A DNA stretch of 64,000 nucleotides from Fimbriosthenelais zetlandica (taxonomy: Eukaryota), in contig OZ365115.1 in assembly GCA_977030845.1 (NCBI GenBank), forward strand, positions 8,990,001 to 9,054,000. Direction: 5' to 3'. Under the pieces are notes generated by a model, which saw only the letters and a program-made list of their open reading frames with translations, was not told the DNA's origin and ran no database searches. Below are positions 62,601 to 64,000 of this stretch, piece by piece; the first letter of the stretch is position 1; each line of letters starts with the position of its first letter. Position numbers and translations under genes: made by a program.

Positions 62601-63209
62601 ATTGGTATTTAGTACCAGATGAATGGACACTACAACTAATAAGACCCACTATCTCAGCATCCGTCATTGAGCAGAGGAATTGGAGCCATCCTCGGAAATG
62701 AATATATTTTATATTTACTGGCTGGTTTTAGTTATGAACGGTTACCAATCAGATTTGGACGATTTTCCCTGTAATATTAGCAATTTTTTCTTAAGGTTTT
62801 TTACAGGTTTCCTGGAGATTCGCATACACCAGAGACCTAATGTGTTCCTTGTGCTGCATTTTGACCATCCTCATACTCAGAAACATTGAGACACTTTGTC
62901 TATTCACAGAAAAGTGTTGAGCCAGTCATGGTGCAGTGTAAACGTTTAGGTCTCCTCCATGCTACAGATTATCAAGTACGCCTGGCTTGTGTTGGAGGTG
63001 GGGGTAATTCACTGTACATGACAGCCAGGCCACACGTTAGGCCATATTATATGCTTCACAATCATATGAATTTACATTCATGTTGATGGCCTCTACCAAT
63101 ACACCATGCTGTAAACACCAGGCCATCCACTGTACTCGGTAAACTGCTATCTGCCAATCAAGGTCTCAATCACCTCACACGGCTGGGGTAATCAAGGTGG
63201 TAGGGGATA

Positions 63210-63370
63210 GAGGGTTGAGGGGGAGAGGGGTGAGAGTGAGGGGGGAGATAGGAAAGAAAGAGGAGAGGGAGAGGGAAAAAGAGGGGAGAGGGCGAGGATG
63301 GGAAAGATAAGGGAGAGTGGGAGTAAGAGAGAGGCGGAGAGAGAAGAGAGAGAAAGACAGGAAGAAGGGG
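63210..63370. repeat. Long GA-rich purine tract (pyrimidine tract on the SNRNP70 sense strand)
   Basis: About 160 nt of almost only G/A on plus. On the sense strand it ends in ccccag at 63184-63183. Confidence 0.85.
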
Positions 63371-64000
63371 CATAAAAAGTAAAGTTAAGGGAGGTATAAG
63401 CAGTTACCATAGCCGCTATAAGGAGAGGGTCTGCGGTATAAATGGATCCATGATAATGATGGGGCAGGCTATTCACATTATCGATGTATCCCCTATGTTA
63501 GAGTGTAGCTGGGGACTTGTGTGTTAATATTTGCACTGGGTGGCAGGCTTTTGTACATGTTATTTATTTGCTCTATACAGGCAGCCATCTGTACTGACTG
63601 CCAAGTGCCCCGGTGTATAATTGTATCACAGTTCCTAAACCCCCTTTACCGCACCCCCCACCCCCTGTGCCGCACCCCGACCCCCTTTGGAACTATACAC
63701 CCCCAACCATCAACAGAGCTGTATAGATCGTTCATGACAACAAACTCCTGGTGAAGCCTGTACCTGGTTCGCTTACCCTCAAAACACCCATGTCTGGGGC
63801 CAAGATTACATTACCAACATCCATTAAACGTTCATATTTTGATTGGCAACCAGCGCTAGCCTGGTCCTTATAAATGGCAACTGCCAAACCTCCATATATC
63901 ATAAGACTTGACAAGTTTGACTGACAGCAGCAAATAAAACAATTTAATATTGTTGCCTATTCTTAGGTCAAATCTAGGTAAGGAACGCAGGGTATTACCT

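Noticed and set aside
52953-64000. Intron-hosted box C/D snoRNAs in SNRNP70
   Set aside because: I found no RTGATGA...CTGA pair with suitable spacing and terminal stem by eye. H/ACA RNAs cannot be excluded without a covariance-model search.
1-64000. tRNA, rRNA, CRISPR arrays, prokaryotic operons, U12-type introns
   Set aside because: No such structures were seen. The window is intron-containing animal DNA and all modelled introns are ordinary GT-AG.

Overview
Eukaryotic (animal) genomic DNA with GT-AG introns. The gene families and repeat style suggest an invertebrate deuterostome, probably an echinoderm (inference only). Seven protein-coding genes could be rebuilt exon by exon by eye: (1,2) a head-to-head pair of paralogous 3-exon rhodopsin-class orphan GPCRs (8.7-15.8 kb); (3) a NUDT19-like Nudix protein with a degenerate catalytic box; (4) a FAM124 gene whose upstream region carries four RFX X-box-like motifs; (5) a 20-exon meiotic HORMAD gene (minus strand) with HORMA, PHD finger, winged helix and closure-motif tail; (6) ROPN1L, sharing a short bidirectional promoter with HORMAD; (7) the 3' eight exons of SNRNP70 (U1-70K), whose N-terminal exons lie beyond the window. 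A 2.7 kb CACTA/EnSpm-like non-autonomous element lies at 4733-7413. The most striking unexplained structure is the 6.1 kb SNRNP70 intron after the RNP1 exon. It holds at least three tight clusters of tandem 5' splice-site motifs, several strong cryptic 3' splice sites that give stop-containing exons, and a 14-bp inverted repeat, consistent with an elaborate U1-sensing poison/decoy autoregulatory module. All coordinates were read manually and no database search was run, so family assignments rest on remembered motifs. No tRNA, rRNA or CRISPR array was seen.
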